Of a DNA stretch of 64,000 nucleotides, positions 29,026-41,339 are shown in pieces. Position 1 is the first letter of the stretch. Every line of letters begins with the position of its first letter. The DNA lies in the NCBI GenBank assembly GCA_964035545.1, contig OZ037768.1, positions 2,016,741 to 2,080,740 of the forward strand, written 5' to 3'. This DNA comes from Bugula neritina (lineage: Eukaryota > Animalia > Bryozoa). The position numbers and the translations under genes are program-made. The notes below the pieces were generated by a model. It saw nothing but the letters and a program-made list of their open reading frames with translations, was not told where the DNA came from and did no database searches.

Positions 29026-32000
29026 CTAATCATCTAGTTGACAGAGCAATGCGCAGCCTCTCTTTATCCAGTGCTGTACCGGGCGTTTAGTATTCAACAA
29101 CATCTTAACTACAAAGTTAGTGGAATGGCCAGTTGTACTGAGCACACCTTTACGTTCACTTGTCTTGTATACAGGGCACTGGTATCTCTTGTCGGACATG
29201 TCTATGTCTGCCTTCAACGCCGGTTTCAACCAAATCAACGGAACTTTATCATTCAGTATTTTAGGTAGCTGCTCTGTTAGACAGTTCCTAAAACAAGTAA
29301 CAGAATCTTACAATATCTTTGCTAAAGGAAAGTATAAGGCAAGTAAAATAACTATTAGAAGTAGTGGACTAAAAGAACTTTAGATCTTTAGCAGGAAAAG
29401 TTGACAGCGTATTGATATATGCATGTGTCTGTGAGGGAGGATTAAAGGAGTGACAAAATACTCACTCTCTACGGTCCCATCTGGCGCCATCGAGGAACAG
29501 CCCGTAGACGTAAGCACCATCATCTGGGGCATTTTCAGTTCTGTCTTCCCTCAGTAACTGCAGTGTTTAATTATATAATAATATAATATAATAATATAAT
29601 GCTGATATAATAAATCATATAATATGGATGTACTTTCATAATATAATAAATATAATAGCAATATACCCTCATAAAGTAATATAATATAACACTGATAAAC
29701 CTCCATAATATAATATAATAAAAGTAATATACTCACATAATATAATAAATATAATATTGAAATATTAAAAAATAATCTGGAAATAAAATTGCCATGTCTT
29801 CCTGACATAAATTCTCAAAATATATTTCAGATTTACAGGACGATAACTGATGTACCCCAACCTCACAAAATTGCCATATTTAGATAAATACTGCTACTAG
29901 TTTATTATAGAGACCATGCAGATACATTTAGATAGCCATGGTACTCAGTTAACATATAAGGAAATACATCAACACATATATTGTGATGAAACTCTACAGT
30001 CAATAGTTATGAAAAAGAGTAAAGTCTGGTAGCTGTGAGAGTATAACACGGCAATTACCTCGAAGTCAAAGTCTAGAGTGTCAATTGGTATCGTATACTT
30101 TCTAGCATAATTCTGACGGACACCAGTAAGGAAGGCTTGGGTGAAGAAGAAACCAGAAAGCCAGTAATTTGGTGGTTTACTTTCGTCGAACCAGAGTTGA
30201 AGAAAGTTGAGTCTCTCCAGGAAGTCGTTGATGTAGCTGCCGAGTGGTTTGAGGGACGGGTATGAGCGTTTCGCCCACATAGCTGGAATTCTGCCAATTA
30301 GAACACTGGCAGCGACACCTTCCAGCTCCGCAGACATGACAACCAGACCTTTGATGGCCTTCTGCAGGTTGATGAGACTCGTGCGGATTATTGACAGCAA
30401 CCTGCAGTGTAGTGTCAAAGTGCATTGGTATAGGGATAAATAGGTATATATAGATTAATAGTAATTGATAGGGTAAAACTTCAATTTCAAATTACACAAT
30501 TTTTATTTAAAAAAGAGCCTTGAAATTTTACAGGCATGCATGTATAAATGCAATAAACAGAGGTTTGCAAGTTTTTTTGAGATGGCAACTCCAAGAAACT
30601 AGAATTAAAATTTTATAAACAGCTTATAACATGTTATTATAAAATAATGCATACTTTGGTGAAACTCCTGTAATTTAAATAAACTAACACCTTAACATAT
30701 TTCTGTATTGAAATATAAAAGTTAATGCGATGGTAGATGTAGTATTGAATAGTGACACTTACTTGTTGAATCTTTCCATCTCTTGAGTAAGTACTGTATT
30801 CATACTCTCATTGTAAGTCACAGGGAACTTTTTACCTGCAGCCTCCATATCAAAGTTCTTTGGCAACTGAAATGCACATAAAAAATATGCAATACATAAC
30901 CCGGTTGTTGATTTAATTAATATTTTCACCGTAAGTATTTCAAGATTTGTCTTCTCATGAGCACAGAACAGCGTACCAGAACACACACCTTCACAGTAGA
31001 AGAATATAATGTTTCTGCTTAAAAGATGTGGTAACTCAAGCTCAAGTAACTCTAGGAGCTGCATGACTTGGGAATACAAACAGCTTGAATTACCAACCAT
31101 GGTTAGAGTGTACAACTCCAAAACCAATTAATAAAAACTAATTATATAATAAGTTGCATATGACGCGAATACGACACTTAAAAACTTGTACTAGCTTAGA
31201 GTGTCGGAATAAATTGCTGCCATACATCAACAACACTTCCTGTACGAATTGAAACTCAGAAAGAGAAAGTGCTGCTGCTGACCAACCTTGACGAGAATGT
31301 CCTCACAGATAGCGTTGAGGGCCTCATCTGCTTTGCTGCCGGCACCACCGCCACTGGCACCCTGAGTCAGCAGCACAGAGTCAAACAGCTCCTTAGTCTC
31401 CTGCAGCTCTTTGCTGATGTCTACATTGTCATGCATTCCAAATATCTCAGGTAGCTGAGTGGTAGGGAGGTTCTACACGACAAAGTATACGACTTTTATA
31501 TACGAATGAGTCATACTAGCAACTAACTAACTTATTAGTAGTTACCTCTTATTAACAATAAATGAGTTAGGCTATTAGTATACTAATAAAAACTTAGAAA
31601 CTGTAATATTAATTTAATAATTTCGTTCTACCCTCACAAATCAAGCTGCAACAATAAATTGCCAGTTACGAAAAAATATAAAAAATTATTTAAAGAAAAA
31701 TGGCAAACTGGCATTGTGATAACCAGCTTTTACACTAACTCTAACCATTAGTTCAGCAAAGATACAAGTTAATGAATTATAGCACATATGAAATATTGGA
31801 TTGTCAGCAAATGAAAAAACTTGTTGCTACTCAAAAATTATGAGTATTGATTCTTCAGTATTTCCAAGACAATACTAATTCCCATCCCTTCAACCATTTA
31901 TCTTAAAGAAGTACCTTGATGAACTCTACATATTCATCATAAGTTCCTTTAGGAGGAGCGTAGTAGTTGCCACTCGGAGAAAACTTGTACTTGTGATCAT

Positions 32001-35000
32001 CAATAATAGAGGGAGTGTAGAAGTCATTGAGTGTGGTGAGAAGGCACCGTCTATCCCAGTCATCCGTGACTCTCCCGCCGTAGTTACACTCTCCAGCCAT
32101 GTATGAGATGGCGTCAAACGGCACTTCAGTGTACTCATTCAAATACATCTACAATTCACACTTCTTTCAGTACCTTTTTATAATAAAACTGCTTTTATTA
32201 CAACTATTTTTCTGATAAAGATTGAAGCAATCAAATCACAGTAAAATATATAAATATAATTTGACACATCTCTGTTAATCTGTTTGGGTGATGCTAAAGT
32301 TATAACCATAGCATAGGAGAGAGGAGTTATAGATTTTATTCTTCAAGACAGGTAGAAAGTCTAGCAACATACCTGCAACTGTCTAACAGATATCCTGAGA
32401 TCAGATTCATTAAAGCCGTATGAAATATTCCAGCCAAGAGGACCAAACTTCCGTCTCTCTTGAATCAAAGCATGGAAGAAGCAGAGACCAAACAACAGCT
32501 TCTCAAAATGCTATAAACAGAATAGAAATAATATTTTAAATTGGTATAAGTATAATATAACAACTATCATTACAAAATGTCAAGTATATAAAATGATAGC
32601 TATTCATTATACATGATCTTCACTGTAATAAACAAAAGTACAACTAAACTACTTATACAAGTAGCTGAGAGCACATCAACTCACCGGTTGTTTCTCACCG
32701 CAACCGTTGAAGAATTCCTCGTCACTGATTGGATCATTTAGATACGATTGGAGCAGGTTTTGCCGCAGACCGGTGGGAGGTTCGTTAGTCATCTTCACGC
32801 CATTCTGGAGGACAGTTACAGGAAACTTGTTGGAAGGATAGCTTGTGAGCCAGAGTCTGAAGTCGGGGTGGGTCGTCTCCGGCACCAACTCCTCACAGAT
32901 CTTCTCCATGGCCGTCATCCAAGACACGGCCAAGTGGCAGTTCTGGAGCAGAACCCAGGCACCGCTCTGCTTTGCTTCAGTAATCATCTTAGCTGCTATG
33001 GGACCCTGAAACATATCAGTCAGAAGATAACTTTTAGATAGTCTTTCAAAATTTCCACGTAAATTGTAGTTTTTAGTAAGTTAAAGTCAGTACAAAAAAT
33101 TGCTTAAATGTCTAGATAAAACTATGCTGCACGCTTAAGGTTCAAGTGCTAGAATATATTTATAAATATGATATACTAAAAAATACATAATTTAAAAAAA
33201 TGACCTGTAATTATGTTGCTTAAGTTGGATTAAGATGTTAGATTGAATGCTGTTTTTACTCACCTGTCCTTGACCCAGAGAAATGGAGTTGAATCGTTTA
33301 CCACCAAAGCCTTTGTCGTCTGCAAACTTGAGCAGAGCCATAGTTGGGTCAGCACCGGGAGACAGGATGAATATGAGAGGAGCGCAGCAGTTGGAGTCAG
33401 CGTAACTCTTGGCCAAATCAAACGGAGGTGGCTGAACAAACTTATCTCCCAGTTTCTTAGTTACGAACTTTGTGATTGCAGGAATCATCTTATCGGGTCG
33501 AATGCATCTCAGTATCATCATACTCTGGAAATCATTCATTTTTGAGTCCCACGGGGCAGGTAAATCGGCGTTGTGAGGCTCCTTGTTGTCATAAAAATCT
33601 CTCCACACATGAATATTTTCAGCAACATGCTGTCTGTATGAATATAATTCCAAGTGTTGTGTTACATTACAGTATCTTAGAGATATAGTACGAGTAAATT
33701 GACCAACAGGGAACACTGATTTACTAGCTAAATATTCACATTGCAAAATTTACATCATTATTCTCATAATTTCCTGGCTAAAATATAGAAACATTTAATT
33801 GAATATTTATATTTATTCTACAAATTTCATGAAAAATATATTATATATGTATTATACAACTTTAATGTTTCAAGATAATTTTTCTTTCATTTTACAAGCC
33901 TATATATAATATTTAAAAATTGTTTAAACTTTGGAAGCAATTAGTATAGCCTACTAACCTGAACCCTTTAAAGGGGGGCATATCAGAGAGACGACATATC
34001 TCGTCCCAACTCTTCTCTACCAGCCACGAGTTGTCTGGGTTAGGATTCTTGTTGGCTAAACCAACACCTCCAGTGAGGAAGAACATGAATTCTTCCATCA
34101 GCAACTCTTGCTTAGCACTAAAAACACCGACACATACTACTATTATATTGTATCGATAGTTGAACCCTCTCAAACCACATAGACATAAAAGCCATTAGGT
34201 GCAGTAACAGATAAATTTTAAAAGCCTTAGTTCTTTTAATTGTTTTTCTAAATTTTAATTTGGGGCACAAGTTAGGCCTTTCTCAATTTTTCCATTACTG
34301 CACCTACCTCCTCAAAACCAAGAGACTATAGTTATATAGATTCAATTAGCAGCATTTGAACATAAAATCAGCAACTGAACAATTGAACAAATAGTGAATG
34401 AAAAGCTGTTAGTTGGGTGCAAAGTTCTATTTCCTAGTCTGAGTTCCTAAACCCAGTGACCAACTATATATGGGGATAAACTTTAAACTGGGAAAAATGC
34501 ATGGACAGCAGAAACATCTCTAGACAACAGGATAGACAAACGAAACAAGACAAAAGATTTAAAACAGATGGGGAGTGTTTATCAACATGAAGGATTTCTA
34601 AGTATGAACAGATAATTAAATTTTAATTCTACAAAAAATATCTTATAAATTGTAACATTAAAAACCAAGCTTAACATTATTGATTGTGACAGTCCAAAGC
34701 ATGGTGTTATGAGTTATATGCAATTACAGATCAAAATATCATAGAAGCCAGGACATCACAAAGGTCATGACATCACAAAGGTCATGACATCACAAAAGTC
34801 ATGACATCACAAAAGTTATGACATCACAAAGGTTATGACATGACAAGAGATATGACATCTCAAAAATGTAACATGGCATGACATCACAGAGGTTATGACA
34901 TCACAGAGGTTATGACATCACAGAAATAATGACATCATAAAGAGAATGACATTTCCTAAGCACTAGTAAATAAATGATAGCCAGCAGAGGTGTTATATAA

Positions 35001-38000
35001 CAGAAATTAAAATAGGCAAATGGGTGAGTCAACAGCAAACACATGGGTGAGCCGACAGCAAACAAACAGGTGAGCCGACAGCAAACAAACAGGTGAGCCG
35101 ACAGCAAACAAACAGGTGAGCCGACAGCAAACAAACGGGTTAGTCAGCTGCAAACAGCGGCTTCATCTGACCCTTCAGCCATTACTTACAACAAAATCTT
35201 GGAGCAAAGGACAAGGGAGAAGAGAAGTTTGTCCTTTTCAAACAAAGAGCGACATACATTTGTGTAGAGACTGTATGTAAAATGCTCGTTTAGATACCGA
35301 AGTCGCTTGTCAAGAATCCTAGACTTATTGCTGAAATGAAAGAATAAATGACCCATTTGAGTTACAGAATACTAGACAGTAAGGCTGTTGAATCAGGGTC
35401 GACTCGTTTTGAATACAGTTGAAGTTACCAAACTCATCTCAGAGTGTGCTGTATTCCAGGAGCTCTTTTAGATCTAACAGTCTGCGCTGCGTATAACAGA
35501 GTAGATCCTGATTCAACAGTCTCAGCTCATAGACTGAGTACCATACTTACATCTCTAAACCAGTGCAGAGAATAAAGGAGAACACAAGCTTATGTGTGGC
35601 AAACAGAGATCTGCATACATTTTCATATAAAGAATATTGGAAATGCTCCTTCATATAACGAATCCTTTTCTCTAAAATCCTTGACTTATTGCTGTAAAAA
35701 CATGGCTGTATAATACACAGAAAATGTAGATATGTGCTGTCTGTTTATTAATCTGGTATACCAAACATAAAAGTAACATTCTATAAAATAGATATACAGG
35801 TATTAAATTATCCAAAACTTTTAATCGGGTTGAAAAAAAATCTTTCTATTTAAATAAAGCATAAATTTATGTTTTGCACAGCAGTTGAACTTTTTACTCT
35901 CAACTCTAGAGCTTCATTGATGATCCAATTGTTTATTATAGTGTACAGCACAATTAATAAACAATATTATAATTGTCGCTATAATGCATACCTTTTAAAA
36001 GTTCTACGACACTTTTTAAAAACTTCATTTGCCAAAATCTTTGAAATTATAATCAATGGGGTACAAATAAGTGATGAGGCAACAGAAGTAGAACAAACCT
36101 GTCTTGAATGGAGTTGATGAAGAGATTGACAAACCAGGTCAATGAGTACTGGTACATGGGGTCAATATTGGGAAGATCAGCGATGGAGAAGAAAAGATTA
36201 GCTGAGTGCTTAGCTATAGGTCTGTAACCCATACGGGACGCCTCTATCTTCTTCTCAGTCTCCTCAGCAATCTAACAGTTCAAATATACTCATACTGACT
36301 CAATGTTCTACTGTGTATAGTCAATGTTCTACTGTGTATAGTCAATGTTCTACTGTGTATAGTCAATGTTCTACTGTGTATAGTCAATGTTCTACTGTGT
36401 ATAGTCAATGTTCTACTGTGTATAGTCAATGTTCTACTGTGTATAGTCAATGTTCTACTGTATATAGTCAATGTTCTACTGTATATAGTCTATGTTCTAC
36501 TGTGTATAGTCATTGTTCTACTGTGTATAGTCAATGTTCCACTGTGTATAGTCAATGTTCTACTGTGTAGAGTCAATGTTCCACTGTGTATAGTCAATGT
36601 TTTACTGTGTATAGTCAATGTTTCTTTGTAAATAAAAAGCATAGCCAGTTTTGGCATTGTTATATTTCTTATAGTGCCATTATGTCTCCTAGTTAGGAGT
36701 TGAACATGCTAATTTAAAAAGTTACAAATGAGTGTTAGTATAGGGGGCTTATTAACATGTACACTAAAATATTGCAGTTGAATTAATAGTATTGCATTTT
36801 GCCATATTATTAAAATGTTTGAAAAAATATGAGTACGAGACACTAGATTATATGATGCAATGTTGAAATGAATAGAATACAAACTATTAACAGTAGATCT
36901 GAACTACTAATGGTAATAAGCTACATAAAATAAGAAACCAATTGATAAATGAATTACCTTTTGCTTCTTGCTGATTTCATCTGAAAGAATTTTAGAAGAA
37001 TCTAGAATTTGAATAGCACTCTCATCTTCCAGAATGTTCCCCTCGGATGCTGAAAGCGTGTGCAGAATTTTGTCTTCTATTTCCTTCAGCTGCTTCTTGT
37101 TTTGAGCTGAAGTGATAATCAAACCTTGTCTTTCTTCTTCCAATTCTGGTCTAAAATTTTACAAGAAGTTGACATCTGGCTTTAAAAGACTAGATCATGA
37201 CATCACAAGAGCAAACTATGACATCACAAGGGCAGATTATGACATCACAAGAGCAAACTATGACATCACAAGAGCAGACTATGACATCACAATACCAGAC
37301 TATGACATCACAAGAGCATATTATGACATCACAAAAGCAGACTATGACATCACAAGGGCATATTATGACATCACAAGGGCAGATTATGACATCACAAGAG
37401 CAAAATATGACATCACAAGAGCATATTATGACATCACAAAAGCAGACTATGACCTTACAAGGGCAGACTATGACATCACAAGGGCAGATTATGACATCAC
37501 AAGAGCAGACTATGACATCACAAGGGCATATTATGACATCACAAGAGCAGACCATGACATCACAATATGTACACTCACCTTTCTTTGGCAACGACTATAC
37601 CAAGCAGCTGATCTTCAAGACCCTCTGGAGTTATCATAAAGTTGAGTAGAGACACTTTGACAGCTACCTCTGGCAGATAGTGTGGGTTCCTTAGTTTAGT
37701 AGTGATGTAGAATCTGAATTCCTTGTTGTATTCAATAACATTCTCTCCCAGTCTAATCATGTCTACTCCAGCTACAGAATTGAGCAGCAGGTAAAAATGT
37801 AAGATAAACTAAATTTTGACTTTCTAAATATTCTTTTAGTGTGACAATACACACATATGCTTGCATCATGTGTTCCATCAAGCTCTATACCCTACCATTT
37901 TTTTTAAAAAAGTAAAAGAAATTATAAGCATTGAACACCCGAACTTTATAAAATGATTCATATATAAAAATAGAAATGCTAATTTGTAACCCTAAGGCTA

Positions 38001-41000
38001 CGAGAAAGGATTACAGGAAATCACTGAAAATATTTGTCATGATATTTATTGGAATTGCAATTCATTTTTGATAATCAATTTCTAAAATCTTTCATGGAGG
38101 AAAGATGAACTGATCAGCTCATAGTAAATAAAGTTTTGTTGTGAGATTCAATGATAAATAACCAACCAGTTAGAGCTAGTATCTGGTCTCATAATATCAA
38201 AAACTATCTAAAGCTAATATGACAATACAAGATAGTACTATTGTAAGAGATGTGACAAGATGAAGCTACTGATTTCAAGGGAAAGAACTGCATTTATATA
38301 ATCAATAGACTAAATCAGCAGATGTAGTGAGAGGGGCACGAGATATTCCTACTACTGTAATATTTGCAGCTTGCCTGTTTCTAGACCCTCAAGTCTATAT
38401 AACTAGTCTATATGATTTCTCTATATGAAATGCTATAGCTTCTTTCATCACCCATAAGTAGTTGATAGTAATATATACATAGAATAAGAGAGTGTAATTT
38501 TATAATAAAACCCAAATTTTCAGGTTTAATAGAGTGGAAGTGTGGCAATGAAAGACTATGTGAAAATATCAACTTTTGGAAAGTTTAGCCAGTTTGATAA
38601 CTGTTGTCTTCGTTTACACATCATGTGGCATCTAATTTTGGTGCCGGATAAAGTGTTACAATGAAAAACTTGAGCAAAAACTATTTATAGTCACAATAAG
38701 AAGCAGAAATATTAAAAAGTTGTTTATATGCAACACTTGGAATTTCCAGCATTTATTGCACAGCAGATTAATATTCCAGTTTAAATAATTACCCAAGGCA
38801 CTTCACTAGTTTCTACTTGGACCATATTTTATTGATTCTAACACATCAATGTAAAATTACAACATGCATAGCCTAGAACAGTAGTCTGACCAATTCTCAG
38901 ACTAGAAAAAGCTTGTAGAAGTCTTGCAGAAATGTACATAAGAAGGGGTAACACTAAGTAAAGGAGCCGACATGCAATAATGTAGTAGGAAATGCGGAAT
39001 GAATAGTAAATAGTTTAATGAGAACATACTCACCACCAAAACCAGCTGGCAACAACAAATATAAGTCAGTTTCATTTATAAAGATTAGAACAAATTTTTG
39101 TTAAAAGAATTTTACTTTAAACTTACATGATATATAAATCTTATAAAACAATAAGCTATAAACTACATGAAAACACATAAAATCTCAGAATTATAGCCTG
39201 TGCGCAATACAATATTAGCGTGAGTTTTAAGATTGAACTGTACCTTGTTTAAAGGTTTGTTTAAGAAGCAGTGGTTCCAGTGATGGATCCAGCTCTTCCC
39301 CCACATTCTCTAGCAGGAGTGGATTGCCAAACTGGATACAGTTTTCAAGGTTTCTCATGTAGTCCGAGTCAGTGAGTTTGATTACAGAGAGCTGATGGTC
39401 TTTCTCAGAGTTCTTCACCCACTTGTTGGCTTGACCTTGCGGGTCGATCATCAGAGGCCTTCACAATACATAGAGAATAGCCCTGAGACCTTAGCTAACA
39501 TTTTAGATAAAATATTTATATAGTAAAAGCATTTTAGATTGTTTAAAACCATTGAAAATCATAAATACTTTAATTCAATTAACCTAAATGCCATTAGACT
39601 TGGTCTGATGCACCACAGTAGCAAAATATATGATTTAGATATCAAATATCAATCATCTAAATAACAAGATCTCTAGTAAACAACTAGAAAATTATTCTTG
39701 ATTGGCTCATAAATTTGCATAGAAACAGAGAAAATACTATCCAGCATTTACCATCTCTATGATTTGCAGCTGCGGCTCGTAAGTATTAAGACAACACAAG
39801 GCATTAAGGTTTGGATTGCAAGTAAACATCTACAAAGAAAATACGCACCATCTTCTGGCATTGGCTACGATGACTCCATTGTCAATACTAAAGCTGTCCC
39901 GGGGTAAACCGGCAATGTTCCACTGCTGGATTTTAATTGGCTCTCCTAGAGTCTTTGTGAGTGAGAACTCTTTTGAGCACGGAATCTTCTTATCGAAGCA
40001 GAGTTTAGTCCAGTCCAGAATACAATCCTATGTACCAAAATAGAAAGATACAGAAACTGTCGAAAATATTATATTAATATGCATGTAAACTTGGAATATT
40101 TTACATTTATCTAACATTTCAATAGTAACATTTCAGTTCTGTTTCAAAGTGCTAATGAGCTAGCTTTTGTTGTAAGTAAAGTGCGGCTGTAAAACAGTCA
40201 TACTACAAATAGTCTTAGAAAAGGTTGCACGAGAAGCTATGCACACATGTCTATAGTCTGACCTTGACATTTTGCTGGTGACTTACTAGAAGCTAAACTG
40301 ACTGCACTATCACATACCTGGCGGAAAGCCATGGTGAATGGCCCGAGGTACGCCATGACGCCAGACGAGACAAGGACGTCTCCAGACAGATTGTTGTAGA
40401 TGCCTTGTAGTCGTTCTGCTGCTTCAGTCCAGCGAACTTTCTCACCACCGAGTCCACCAATCAGCTTCTCAGCTCTGACCAACTTTTTACCGCAGAGATC
40501 CACCTGTGGCAACACATGGTATAATGGTAACACATGGTATAGTGGCAACACATGGTATAATGGTAACACATGGTATAGTGGCAACACATGGTATAATGGT
40601 AACACATGGTATAGTGGCAACACATGGTATAATGGTAACACATGGTATAGTGGTAACACATGGTATAATGGTAACACATGGTATAGTGGTAAGACATGGT
40701 ATAATGGTAAGACATGGTATAATGGTAAGACATGGTATAGTGGTAACACATGGTATAATGGTAAGACATAGTAAAGCTGTTTGTGATAAATACCGTTTAG
40801 TAGGTCTTTAAAATTTTGATATAAAAACAAACAATGACGTTTACATTGTGCTAATTGCATGTTTTTCCCAGCAAGTTTAGTGTGATTACTCAAGAGTTGT
40901 CTGCTACTTGTACTTAAAATGTAGGAAGGAAACAAGTATTGTGTGATGCCCTCAAACAAACCTGCACACATGAAGAAAAGCAGTTGACTTACTTGAAACT

Positions 41001-41306
41001 CCAGATTTTTTTTCTTATCCACCATTTCCTGGAAAGTCTTCTCCAGATTAGCGAGTCGATCCTGCACGGCCTTCAGCTCAGCTCTCTTGCTGTTCAGCAG
41101 AGCCATAGTCTCGGCCAGCTGGGACTGAGCCTCCTTCAGTTTAGCTTTCTTAGGGGCGACTACCTTGGCCACCCTGTCATATATCTCCATAGCCATAATC
41201 CACCTGGTAAGACCCTCTGCAGCAGAGGACGCTTTCGCTACCTGCAAACAGGTACACTTAAATTACCTGCAGTGGTAAATGGTGGTGGTAGCAGTAGCAG
41301 CAGCAA

Positions 41307-41339
<33 letters not shown>

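Noticed and set aside
35991-36004. 12-nt AG..GT segment upstream of the duplicated exons (and similar 18-21 nt segments near 34308 and 51800)
   Set aside because: No polypyrimidine tract; such patterns are expected by chance, which is also why the retained microexon candidates are given only moderate confidence.
36280-36570. (TIHSRTL)n and (YSQCSTV)n ORFs
   Set aside because: Products of an intronic 21-bp minisatellite.
37112-37649. Repetitive ORFs (DYDITRA)n, (MTSQEQT)n and Cys-rich (CDVIICP)n
   Set aside because: They come from a 21-bp intronic minisatellite of DNAH12, and the flanking exons splice cleanly across it.
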